Part shown: positions 1 through 15,081 of the stretch, in pieces
How positions within the stretch are numbered: position 1 is the stretch's first letter
Layout: every line of letters begins with the position of its first letter
Origin: Strigamia acuminata
Lineage: Eukaryota
DNA: 64,000 bases
Assembly: GCA_949358305.1 (NCBI GenBank)
Contig: OX442314.1
Location: 18,414,001-18,478,000, forward strand
Direction of reading: 5' to 3'
Program-made: the position numbers and the translations under genes
Notes under the pieces: model-generated
The model's input: only the letters and a program-made list of their open reading frames with translations
Databases searched by the model: none
Told to the model about the DNA's origin: nothing

Positions 1-12
1 TTTATGCTTCAG

Positions 13-617
<605 letters not shown>

Positions 618-782
618 ATGTAGAAATCGCTATTTATTTTTTTTTTAAGTGCTAGAAAAAATTTAATTGGAGATTTTAATGAACTGGAAATTTTAAAAGT
701 CCACGACAATAAACATTCATACAATGACAATTTTGTCAAAAGTCAATAAAATCCATTATTTTTTTTCTGAAATTACCGAGTC

Positions 783-902
783 ATTGGTTGTATCCTACGT
801 TCCCGCCTAATGGTACGTCTGCTGATTGGTATCGGGCTGTCGATAGACGGCGCAAGGGCGCAAAACACGTGAAGCGCACAACGGCTTGCAAGCAGGTTCA
901 AA
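783..902 (+). promoter_or_regulatory. Probable DCLRE1B promoter: reverse CCAAT boxes, E2F-like TTCCCGCC (800-807), CHR-like TTCAAA (897-902)
   Basis: Motifs are visible in a GC-richer island between SLC35E2 and DCLRE1B; function is inferred. Confidence 0.4.
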
Positions 903-1242
903 CTTGCCGTCTGCTCCGTTGTTTACGATACAAATGTATCCTTAAAGTGAACTGCACAAGCTGATAATAACGTAAGTTATGGTTTTACTTTTTTTTTCAG
1001 TAACAAATACATGTATAACGCAAGTAATCGAATTGCCGAAATATAAATGAATCGTGTTTTAGCGTGATCGTTATGAAAACCATCTGGAGTCGTTTTGTAT
1101 TTACCTTTTTGGTTTCGTTTGCGACATTAATTGGAAATTTTAAGTCATTTAGAGGAAAAACTTGATACATGTTTTGAAAGTATCGTATTAAATGATTACT
1201 TGTTTAACTTAAAACGTTTAAAATGACCGAACAAAACCACCG

Positions 1243-1314
1243 GCGATGGTGGTATAGTGGTAAGCATAGCTGCCTTCCAAGCAGTTGACCCGGGTTCGAT
1301 TCCCGGCCATCGCA
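1243..1314 (+). tRNA. tRNA-Gly, anticodon TCC (copy 1)
   Basis: 72-nt cloverleaf: acceptor GCGATGG/CCATCGC, anticodon loop CTTCCAA, T-loop TTCGATT; T-run terminator follows. Confidence 0.97.
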
Positions 1315-1509
1315 GTTTATCTTTTTCTTGAATTTTTTTCGAAAAATTTTATTTCATTGTTTTAAACGTCATTATTTTTGGACATTTCGAAGTTTTTTTT
1401 ATATTTTTCATAGAGAAAAATTAGTTTCTTCCTTTTTTGTTCAAAAAAGGAAGAGGTTAAATATGCCACTGTGTAGAATAAAAAGGGTTATTCAACTCTT
1501 AATCTACAC

Positions 1510-1581
1510 GCGATGGTGGTATAATGGTAAGCATAGCTGCCTTCCAAGCAGTTGATCCGGGTTCGATTCCCGGCCATCGCA
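1510..1581 (+). tRNA. tRNA-Gly, anticodon TCC (copy 2, isodecoder)
   Basis: Identical to copy 1 except at 1524 (A for G) and 1556 (T for C); T-rich terminator follows. Confidence 0.96.
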
Positions 1582-1667
1582 ACTTTATTTTTACTACCCC
1601 AAAATATAAAATATAATTTTTTTTAAATAACACAAATGATTTTTTCTTTCTTTAGGAAACCACAAAC

Positions 1668-3797
1668 ATGAACGGGCACGTGATTCCGGGCACACCGATT
1701 GCAGTCGACATATGGCGCTTGAAAAATATCCAGCAATCGAAACTTTTTTTTCTTTCCCACGCGCATGCAGACCACACTTACGGCTTAACGTCAACTTGGA
1801 GAAGTGGCATAATCTACACATCGCCCGTAACCTCTAAAATAATCACCCACAAATTGAAGGTAAATTTTCCCAATTTCCTCGAATGACATTATTTATTAAT
1901 AAAATCATCATTTCAGATCAAACCAAGTATAATCAGACCTCTCGTCATTCGAGAACCACATCTCATACCCGTAGATGAAAACAAACGAGAGTTTATCACA
2001 GTTACTCTATTCCCCGCGAATCACTGCGAAGGAGCCGTTCTGTTTTTATTCCAGGGATATTTCGGAACGATTTTGTACACCGGTGACTTTCGCTTCTATC
2101 CTAGTCTGGTGAAAGATATAGGAGAAGTAAGCGTCGGAGGCGTAGATCATCTTTATTTGGATAATACGTACTGCAATCCCAAATTCGTGTTCAATAGCAA
2201 ACAAAGCGCACTGAACGAAATATTGAATATTATCAGCTGTCACATAGACGAATACGACATTGTGATTGGATTTAGATATTTGGGGAAAGAAGATATTCTA
2301 GTAAAAATTGCGCTGCATTTTCGGGTGTTGATTGCGGTGGAAGAAGCCAAGTTGGAACTATTCAAAGTGTTAGGACTTCCCAACTATTTTACTACGGACT
2401 ATCGAGCCACGAAGATACGAGTTGTACCGTTCGAGCAAATCACGAAGAAAAGAATTCAATTTTTGAACTCGAAAAAACCAACTATTGGCATTCTGCCCAC
2501 TTGCTTGTTCGTGGGAAGAGGAAACAGCCCTTTCAAGGAAGAAAGAAACATTTTCGTGGTTCCTTATTCCGACCATTCATCTTTTCCCGAGCTGAAACAA
2601 TTCGTTAAAGAGATTTTTCCGAAAAAAATTCATCCTATCGTGAGACTTAGCGACATCGATGTCAGTGTTTTTGACGACTTGCTGAATCCCGAAGCATTGA
2701 AACAGGTGGTAATTCCCAAATCAGTGCAGACATTCATGTTGAGAGAGAGATGCATGGATTCGAATAAGCTTGTGGCCACGAAACGTGTTTTCAATGCTTC
2801 TAGGGTCAGTACGAGTAAGGTGAAAGGAGTTGTTTTCCAGTCTACGTCCGAAGAAAGTGACGTAGATGACATCCATTCGGTTGAAAAAATTCAAACTGGT
2901 GTTCAATTGTCGTTTGGATTGGATGAAGAAAGCGACGGTGGAGATACATACTGTGTTCCCCCAACTCAGGACAACGATTTGTCGTGCCCGGAATCGGACG
3001 ATGATGACAATGCAAGTCGTGCACGTGACAGAACTGCTCAAATTGGAACAGTAACTATTCGAGAAACACCGACAAAGGATTTTATGAATAGAGTTGGAAA
3101 TGGAAAACTCACTCCCTATCCATCGAAGCGAGTGATAAAGAAATGCCTGTTTAGTGACAGTTCAGAATCGTATAATGATGAGAGTTTCGAGAGAAATAAC
3201 GTGATAAGTGGGGAATGTTTGACTGCTCCAATTGAAGCTGTTATCATTAGAGAAACACCGAAAAAGGATTTTACGAATAGAGTCGGAAAGAGAAGACTCA
3301 CTCCTTATCCATCGAAGCCAGTGATAAAGAAATTCAGGTTTAGTGACAGTTCAGAATCGTCTAAAAATGAGTGTTTAGAGACTAATAACATGAAAAATAG
3401 GGAATATTTGACGTTTGGACCATCTTCTGACAATGATGATTGCTCCAGTTACACGAATGTTGATCAAATGCCATCGAAATGTGGGACAAAAGAATTATTT
3501 GTCATAGAAAGTAACTCTAGACCATTTTATGGGCACGAATTTAAACGAGAAGAGAATGCTGGGACTTTTATGTATGGTAAAAGAGAGTACGAAGCGGTTA
3601 AGTTATCAATTTTTCAAAGCATAAATCGTTGGTTAAAACCTAAGGAAAATTCTACTGGAAGATGCAAGTCAAATGAAGAAGTGCAGCAGGAAATGATGGA
3701 AGAAAGGAGAGCGAGGATTGAGAGATTGGAAAAAGGAGGAGAGTTTTCGGAAGCAGCTAATTTGCATATTTTGGTAGATTGGCAGTCAAATCATTAA
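1668..3797 (+). CDS. DCLRE1B: 5' exonuclease Apollo/SNM1B (metallo-beta-lactamase + beta-CASP); exons 1668-1859 and 1917-3797
   Basis: N-terminus MNGHVIPGTPIAVD; motifs FFLSHAHADH, ANHCEGA, YTGDFR, LYLDNTY, VPYSDHSS; 57-bp phase-0 GT-AG intron. Confidence 0.92.
3050..3415 (+). repeat. Coding tandem duplication, period 189 bp (63 aa), two diverged copies in the DCLRE1B tail
   Basis: GAGAAACACC at 3061 and 3250; IRETPTKDFMNRVGNGKLTPYPSKRVIKKCLFSDSSES versus IRETPKKDFTNRVGKRRLTPYPSKPVIKKFRFSDSSES. Confidence 0.9.
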
Positions 3798-4237
3798 ACG
3801 TGCTATGTGCAGATTTTTGTATTTTTGTATTTTGTTATTATTTTGTAAAAAAAAAAGTTTGATTTGATTAACTGATGCAATTAACTGATGAATAAATTTA
3901 ATTTGTCATTCAAAACAATTTTTAAAAAGCATAATTTGATTTATTTGATCCGGCTCTCTCTGTCGACAGCCACGCGGACTAGCCACTGTTCCAGATTGCG
4001 AGCACCAGTCTGTGACCCTTGCTTGTGACCTGTGTTTGTGTTATAATTTCTACTTCTCTCACTTGTTTTTATTTGGCGCTGCATTTTCAATCATGTCTCT
4101 CGTTTATTAACTAAGGAGTGTTCGCGGCTCACCTCCGTTTTACGTGTGTTGATAATTTCCAAACCGCTGTTTAGCCAGCCTGTTTAACCGGACGTTGTGT
4201 GTGGACGATGCTGATTTCATTTTAAGTTGCAGCCAAA

Positions 4238-7200
4238 ATGAAACCAATTACAGATTTATCCGAATGTTTGAGGGATTCTCCAAAATTCAGGTAAAACGAA
4301 GTTTTAAGAATGACTGGTGGATGATTCACCCTCGAAATGTAATCAAGAAAAGAAAAAAATAGTTTGAAGAAAAGAAAATACGCGAACAAATAATATTCCT
4401 TATGTTATCGCTATGGATCACGCGCAATAGATAATATGAATACAGCTGTATTTGTAATTTCGACCTGATTTTATTTAATCAATGATCAATAATAACATAT
4501 TCTAAGTTTACGGACCAAATATCGTTTAAATTGACTCAGGTGCGCCCATTAGTTTCGTCTTAAATAAAACATTCCTTTGAATATTTTATAGGAGCGCCTT
4601 GGAGGAATCCGAAGATGATATCGATTTATTGGAAGTAAAACTCGAAAAAGTATGAAATTTAATTTAATTTTTAATTTTTAATTTTAAAGTTATTTTATAA
4701 TTACTTGCAGATGGTGAAAACATGTTCCAATATGGTTGAGGCTGGTAAAGCTTATGTTAATAGTAAAAGGTAAAGAAAAAATGACATTACTGTCGGTATG
4801 TGTATCTTTGATGTATATATAATGTGAACTTTATTTGATTAGTTCTTTTATCGGATCAGTTGTTGACATATCTAGTTATTTCAAAGATGATCCTAAAATT
4901 GCAGTAAGTTATTATGAAATTAGTTGATTTCTTTTGTACTTATGTAAAATTGTTCCAGAGTGCTTTAAACAGATTAATTCAGGGATTATTTGAAGTGATT
5001 AAATACCATACGGTAAGTTTTTATTCAATTGACGGGTTTCTAATTAATTAATTAATTTCTTTTTATTCATAATAGATATTGATAGATCAAGCTCAACGTT
5101 CTGTTTGTAAAAATCTGAACAATTTTGTGAAAAAGTATTTGAAAACTTCAATTTGTATCGAATTTTTTTACATTCAAATTTTATATGTTTATTTTCTTAG
5201 CGATATTCGCGCTTTAAAGGACACGAAACGTTATTTCGAAAAAATAAGCGATGAATTAGACCAGTCGTTGATTAGAAATTCTCAAGTTTCTAAAAGTAAA
5301 CCACACGAAAGTGACGAACTGAACAATGTTCTTGTGGCTACTCGCTCATGTTTTCAATACACTGGATTAGATTATGTCAATCAAGTAATTGTGTTTCATT
5401 CAAAATAAAATATTTATTTAGCTGATGACATTTCAGATTAGTCTTCTTCAAGCAAAGAAGCGGTATGAAGTTCTCGATACGGTACATCGTCGTATTTCTG
5501 TTTATATGTTTATTTTTATTTTGAATTTTGAATTTTTTTAACAGCTGTTATCATACATGCAAGCACAAACCACTTTTTTTCATCAAGGAGCTGATTTGTG
5601 CGAAGATACTGATCCACTAATGAAAGAAATAGCTGCCGATGTAAATACCAAATTAAAAGTTTTAGTACCAAGTATTTTATTATGATCGCCAATTTGTATT
5701 TCAGTTGGCCCAAATGAAATCCGAAACAGTGGCGTTGGATAAGCAATTGGAAGGACGGCACAACTTAGTTACATCCAAAGTAGGCTCAAAATTTTCCCTT
5801 AAAGATTATGTTTTATGCATTATCCTAACCAAAACTATTTTTTAGGAAATAATTCCAAAAGTTGACTTTAATTGTTCTTTAACTACGCCTCAGATTGATG
5901 GTTATTTATTTAAAAGAACATCTAATGCTTTTAAAACTTGGAACAGGTAAAATATATATATATATACTTCTCGCTTTAAAATTATAAGAATTTAATGTTT
6001 TTTCATTTAAATAATTGCAGGAGATGGTTTATAATTCAAAATAATCAGTTGGTGTATCGTAAAAGATCCAAAGATGACAATTTAACAATCATGGAAGAGG
6101 ATTTAAGACTATGTTCAGTTAAACCTGCAAATGAAATTGATCGTCGATTTTGTTTTGAAATTTTAAGCCCATCCAAGTGAATACGAGTGATTTGTTTGTT
6201 CGTTTTTGTCACTTAGATAACTTTTTTTGTCGCTGTATTTTTAGGAGTCACATGTTACAAGCTGACAGTCAAGAAATGTACGACATGTGGATGTCAGCTC
6301 TGCAAGCAGGGATCAATGCAGCCATTCAGCAACCCACTCAAGAAGTGGACTCGTATGAAGTGGGTTGCAAATATAAAAAAAGATTTATTGACTAAACAAA
6401 CTTAAACTTTTTTTTTTCACAGCGCAATTACGATTCGAAATCCAATGATTCATCAAATGACGAAATGCAGAGCAAACCTTCAGATTCAATAAAGTCATCG
6501 CCTAAAAGGTAGTGTTTATAATACAAAATTATATAAAAAATCACAAATTAATAATTACTTTGTTTTAGCGAGCCGTTTATGCACCAAATTTTACGTGTTG
6601 CGGGAAACGATAAATGTTGCGACTGCAAATCCCTGCAGCCTCGATGGGCTAGTATCAATTTAGGAATAACGTTGTGCATCGAGTGTTCGGGAATTCATCG
6701 AAGTTTAGGTGTTCATCATTCCAAAGTCCGCTCTTTGAATTTGGACGCTTGGGAAGGGGAATTAGTGAAGATCATGCTTGAACTTGGAAATGACATGGTG
6801 AATAAACTTTACGAAGCGAATATCGATGAAACTGTGGCAATACCGGCGACTCCAGACTGCATGAGAAACGTCCGTGAAGCGTGGATCAAGGCGAAGTACA
6901 TTCAGAAAGCGTTTGTCCGGAAAAAACCGTTGCCAACGCAACATTTACGAAGACAATGCAATGTGCGTAAAGTGATTCAAAGGCGTCCCTCGCTGCCTAA
7001 CGATGAATCGAGTAGTTTGTCTGGACGCAGTCCGATCCCACGTTCGCCATCTTTAAATCCTGAGATGAATAGAAAACGATCTGGATGTGTTTTTCCAGAG
7101 TTGAGCGTTCCGTGTGTTTTGGAAAAAGACGCGGTGGACACGGAAGCAACCGACGAACCGTTAAAAAATGAAGATGAAAGTGAAATTGAAGAAAAGGGAC

Positions 7201-8484
7201 CTTCGGAGGAGAATACAGAAGGGGCTACGAAGGATGAAGAAGAATTATTTAGCGATTGTGACGATGAAGACGATGAAAATCCCAACGTTCTTTTACACAA
7301 GTATGAGATAAACCATACTGTATTTCCTGTCATTGTGCACCCGCGCAGTATCGGCAGAATCAATTTTCTCCCGCGCTATATTGGAGAGCCGCGGAAACTG
7401 CAAAAATTTACCTTTTTAGCCAGAAATTAATGGATTTTCATTAAAAATTTCAATGTTAAACATTGAATATTGAATTATTTTAGCCAAAAATTCGGTCAAA
7501 AATTTTTCTAGGGTCTATATTATAATTCTCGCGCATTAATTGCACGTTTCCAATTTTCTCCGCGCTTTAACAGAAGCCCGCAGTCTAACGGGGGCCCGCG
7601 TACAATGAGAGAGAACACAGAAAAAATATTTTTTTTATTATTTTGACAATTTTTTTTGCTGCTTAGAGGAGCACGAGGACCTCACCTCGCGAGCATTTGT
7701 GAAGCACTTGCGTTTGGAGCCGATTTGAATTGGGTAAACATCGAAGATGATGGGAAAACTGCAATTCACCAGGCTATTTGCAGCGTACGTTTAAACAAAT
7801 ACTGTTAGTTAAAACGATTTAATTAGATTTTAAATAATTGTTATAGGGAACCGTTATTGCTTGTGAATATTTGTTCTTAAATGGTGCTAAAAATAATATT
7901 CAAGATGGACTCGGACGAACTCCGTTGCATTTGGCGACGGAGTTAGGAAATACCGGGTACAGTTAATTCAGTTATTTTTTAATTATTTTTATTTATTTTA
8001 ATTTTTGTTTTTATTTCTTACTTAGGCAAGTTTGTTTATTGTTGAAGAGAGGTGCGGATCAACATGCATTGGATAATAATGGACGAGTAAGAGAATTTAC
8101 AAAGTCAAGTTTAAATTATTCTTTATTTTTGTTTTCTTTTAAAGACTGCACTATCTGTGGCTATTGAAAACGCAAATGCAGACATTGTTACGCTGTAAGT
8201 TGCATGAGTTTAATGCAAATCGACGAACGTGTAAAATATGTTTTTAATTTCCAGGTTGCGCATTGCAAAGTTTAACGACGAGATGAAAGAAACGGAGTAC
8301 GGAAACACTGGTTAATAAGCACAAATCGTTTTAGTTAATCTTAACTAATCCTAATTTATTTGTAGATGATACGTTTAATGAAGTTGTCAGAGATTTTTCA
8401 AAGTTAGCATCGGATAATCCCGACCGATTAAAACGGGATTTAACTGTAAACGAGGAATTAACACAAACAAAAACGGAGAATTGA
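4238..8484 (+). CDS. ACAP: ArfGAP with BAR, PH and ankyrin domains (centaurin beta/ACAP); multi-exon, many ~60-bp introns
   Basis: Start MKPITDLSECLRDSPKFR; PH domain GYLFKRTSNAFKTWNRRWF; ArfGAP zinc finger CCDC...WASINLGITLCIECSGIHRSLGVH; ankyrin exons at 7668-8200; C-terminus DDTFNEVVRDFSKLASDNP; stop at 8482-8484. Paralog number not assignable. Confidence 0.93.
7318..7620. mobile_element. Degenerate MITE (Tc1/mariner-pogo-like) in an ACAP intron
   Basis: Imperfect TIRs CTGTATTTCCTGTCATTGTGC / GTACAATGAGAGAGAACACAG, TA on the left; explains one of the few long ACAP introns. Confidence 0.6.
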
Positions 8485-8859
8485 GTATTAATAACAAGTA
8501 CTTCAAGTACCTTAAAGTAAACTTGTGCCAAACCATTTGAGTTGTGGTCTCAACTTCCAAATGATAACTATTTAGCAATCAATATAACCCATAAGTCGTT
8601 ACTAGTACTACTGCCAAGTTTATGTTTTGGTTTATTATGTAAAAGTATAAATTCCATTTAAATATACTCATTTTTTTTTATCATTCCATTATATATATAT
8701 ATTGCGAAAGATGTTCAAATTTAAAATTCTAGACGTATTTGTATATTAATTGCATTACATATTTTTATTTTTAACATCGGTATTTATGTATTATTTCTGT
8801 TATATGAGAACGAGAATAAATATTTATCAGGACCAATTTCATAATTTTATTGATAGAAT

Positions 8860-9513
8860 TTACAACATTCCTCGAGTGATTATCCCGGCCGGTGGTGAAT
8901 CATTGAATTTTCCACTTGTTATTGGATGGATCGCGTATTTAGTTGTAGCAACATCTGCTATGCACTAAGAAGAAAATAACAAAACATTAATTACTCGACT
9001 TAATGCTATTTACGTCCAAAATTACTTTAAATGTTCTTGGTTCTCTTATAGCCAAGTCGGCGAGCACTTTTCTGTCCAATATGATATTACACTGGAAAAA
9101 GATATGATAATTAATAATTATCAAGAAATATTAGGTAATATATGTAAATTTAACTGACTTTTGCCAATCCTTCCAACACGACATTTTTATTCGTTCCATG
9201 CTCGATGCAGGCAGCATCAATCCTGGTTTCATACAACTGATTCATTACCTCATGCTTAATCTTGTTGCTTCTGGTAGAATGCAGTAAAGATTTTCGAGCG
9301 GCTCTAATTGCAATTCGATAGCAATTTCGTCTACGACCGTACATATACTGAGTACAAAAATAAAGAAATTAGATTATTATTATTATGCATTTCATTAAAC
9401 AGTTATAAAAGAATTACTTGAGTGATGTTAAACACCCATCGAAATTTCCACGAGTGATCAGGATGGGGCAATCGTTTCAATCGAATTAAATTAGCTAAAG
9501 TTAAAAACACCAT
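8860..9513 (-). CDS. MRPL20: Mitochondrial ribosomal protein L20 (bL20m), four exons
   Basis: MVFLT... start; YGRRRNCYRIAIRA, RIDAACIEHG, DRKVLADLAIREPRTFK; ends ITRGML*. Confidence 0.88.
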
Positions 9514-9654
9514 TATGGAAAAATTGCAGAAACTCGTGCGAGCCTTTTTCTCGGACCGGAAGTGCTTCTCCAGTATCTTTTCCGGTGTTTTGGATGGAGC
9601 AAATAGTCAATCACGACACGAAATTGATGCGTGGTTGATATTTAAACAATAATA
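9514..9654. promoter_or_regulatory. Bidirectional promoter between MRPL20 and MRPL51 with ETS/GABP-type site CCGGAAGTG (9556-9564)
   Basis: Only 141 bp separate two divergent ATGs; the ETS consensus is directly visible. Confidence 0.65.
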
Positions 9655-10252
9655 ATGTTTGCATTGAAGTGGCTTAAAGCGTCCATCGAAGTTTTTAAAA
9701 TTCAGTCGCCTTTGATTGCAACAGTTAGGCATTACGAAAGAAAACCGTATGTTCGACGATGGGGATATCGAGATATTATCCTAGGCCAAAGTAAACGCAC
9801 CATTATTGACTGTGATTAACAATTCTCTAATTTTTCTCTTATTTTATTCATCAGGTTTGCTTCCCAGAGACAAAGATTTAAAACCAGTACGTAGTTTACC
9901 CAATTACAGACCCAAAAATAGATGGAGTAAAAAAAGAGCATTATTTGGACAGAATGACTATATTGGTATTTTGTGACTTATTCATACAGAGATTTAAAAT
10001 TTTGTTTAATTAATTAAATTTTTTTCTTTAGATATTTTAGGCGCTGGCGACATTCATCCGGTTCAGTTACATTCTGATGTTCCGCGATGGCTGAAAGGTT
10101 TCCGAGGAAACGAATATGCAGTGTTAACCCAACGTCTAAAATACAACAGCGACTTTTACAAAGAATTTAAACCAGACAAGTTTGCCAAAATGAAAAAGAG
10201 AAATTCTTACTTGTACAAATACTTGAATCGGAAAACTAATTCATCTAGATAA
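9655..10252 (+). CDS. MRPL51: Mitochondrial ribosomal protein L51 (mL51); exons 9655-9790, 9855-9965, 10032-10252; absent from the ORF track
   Basis: Manual splice gives ...LLPR...[44 protein letters not shown]...[20 protein letters not shown] and FRGNE are mL51 hallmarks. Confidence 0.9.
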
Positions 10253-10355
10253 ATATGTGTAAACTAAAGATTTGTTTTGCTGTTGAAAAACGAATAAATT
10301 TAAAATAGACATAGAAAAAAAAATTCGCAGGACTATTTTGACAATTTGACAATTT

Positions 10356-11710
10356 TCATTTATTCACATCGGGATTTTTATTTACGGACAATTCTTCTTT
10401 TGTAGATTTTAACTTCAAATCATTTCGTGTCCTCGAACTAGACGAAAGCGTAATGGGGCGCAAACTTTTCCCTTTAGATTGTGTTCGGCCATCATCCGGA
10501 GTTTGAATTGGCGGCAAAATATTCGACCGAGTATAAGCAGTATTAGACGCACCACTGGTCTTAATGTCTCGCTCTTTGAAAACTTTCTTTTCCAAAGGTA
10601 TCAAACGCATCGCTGCGTGCAATTTCTTCAAAGGAACAGCACTGTTCGGGGTTAAGTTAGCGTGTTGCTTCGAATAAGGCGACAGAGCTGTGGACGGTAA
10701 ACTCATACTTTTATCAATTCGCATTTGCAAGCGACTGGGCGAAATCGTAAGAATTCCGTCAATGTCCGTGGCGAATGAGTTCCTAGGTGGGGCTGTGGAC
10801 AGTCGTAAGTTGGGGAAATTTATAAATTTGCTGTTTTCTTGCTGAAACCTCTCACATTCGTACATTTCGCTACGAACAAAGCCGACATAAGAGCGGATGA
10901 GCTTTTGCAGCCAATTGGTCACATCTTTATAAAATTTATCACACAACACGTCCATTACTTTATCTGATAAATTCTTAACGATGCTGACGTTCGTGTCAGC
11001 CGAAATTTGCATCGCTTTCGTCATTTGTCCATCACTCGCGATTGTTTCTTCGTAGCTCCCGGTCGTGGCGATTATTTCTTCGGTCGAAACAGAGTTTGTG
11101 ACCGCTGGAACTTCATCAGAAATCGAACAAAAATTGTACACGGATGGCGAATTTAGTTCCATTTGAACTCCTTCAACGAATAACTTGGAGGAATCTGTCA
11201 ATGGTGAGTCCGAAGAGAGCTAAAAAATAAACAAAAACAAAAAAAATAATATTTAAAAAAAATAAAAATAATGAATTTTTGTTAAATTACTGGAGAATTT
11301 AAAGATCCTTCTGAAGAATACTGCGGCAGCAATATGAAACCATCTTCATTTTCCGGCAAAATCTGTTGACCCGTAACTCTGTAATGAGGATGTTTTTCTT
11401 TCCACAAACAGCATTCGTCGATGATGTCTTCCTTGCATTCGGCGGGAAATCGTTCGTCGTACAACAGGGAATCAATGTCAATGAACATTTGTTGAATCAT
11501 TACGTTTGATTCCCGGTCAAGGTCGAAATCGTCGGCTGATGAAGAAAAACTCGAATTCGTCAACAAGGATGAAGATTGGGATTTAGTTGTGGTGGGTCTG
11601 TGTTTTAAATTCATATCTGATTCGTCCAACGTCGGATGATTTTTCAAAGCTGACAACGACACACCACGCACCTCCAACACACGCCGCGATTGGCGACCAG
11701 CACTAGCCAT
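10356..11710 (-). CDS. FAM149: FAM149 family protein; exons 11710-11291 and 11219-10356
   Basis: IQQMFIDIDSLLYD...ECCLWKEKHPHYRVTGQQI and EEIIATTGSYEETIASDG match recalled conserved FAM149 blocks; a phase-0 intron joins the two ORFs. Confidence 0.75.
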
Positions 11711-11940
11711 CTGCTTTCATTTTAAGTTAATAATTTAGCCATATTGTTTTCCTTCTGTTATTCAGTCTAACCGGAACTAAATAATCGATAGTTATTACTC
11801 GCATTCATTACCTCAGTAAGTATTAACTTTTTCTACGAAATTTAGTAGTAAAAATACATAAAAATAATTGTTTTTATTTATTTTACGTATTATTCATTTT
11901 TATTGCCAGTGTAATTGTACATTCTGTTGAAATTTTCAGA

Positions 11941-11948
11941 TATCGATA
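11941..11948. promoter_or_regulatory. DRE-type palindrome TATCGATA in the divergent FAM149/ALDH4A1 intergenic region
   Basis: Exact match to the DREF site known from Drosophila housekeeping promoters; the ATGs are about 410 bp apart. Confidence 0.45.
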
Positions 11949-12121
11949 CTTGCGCCGTGTGGATATCGACCGAGTGTAGTCAGCTGGCGCTACCGTACCG
12001 CCCTCTATGCGAGGTAAAATCAAGAGCCGTAGTAAACCGCTGGTTGCCTCCCACCGTGTTTTGTGACCGATGGTGAAGGAGGTCAGGTATTGAGTAATTT
12101 ATTTGGTTTTTAAGTTGAAAC

Positions 12122-14797
<2,676 letters not shown>

Positions 14798-15081
14798 GTC
14801 GATATTTACAACCAAATAAGACACAATGCAATAAATTAGGACCAAAAATGAACGCAAGTGTCTTCTATTTTTAATATGGACAAATAACTTGCAACATGCA
14901 TAATTGCGAACATGTTTTGTATTAGTGCTATGTTAGCACTACAAAATAACAGTATTAAAGTAAGTTCGTATTCACATTTGGAAGCATTTTGTTCTTCAGT
15001 TTAAAAGTTTATTCATCTATTCAAATTTGCTAACAACCACCAACAATGTAGGATGAGGAATTGGAAAAGTTACTAAACTGT

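Noticed and set aside
936..944. U12-type donor GTATCCTTA (also GTATCCAT at 43704)
   Set aside because: Imperfect match and no convincing TCCTTAAC branch site downstream.
7301..7430. C-terminal part of the 283-aa ACAP ORF
   Set aside because: Read-through past the donor at 7301 into an intron containing a MITE.
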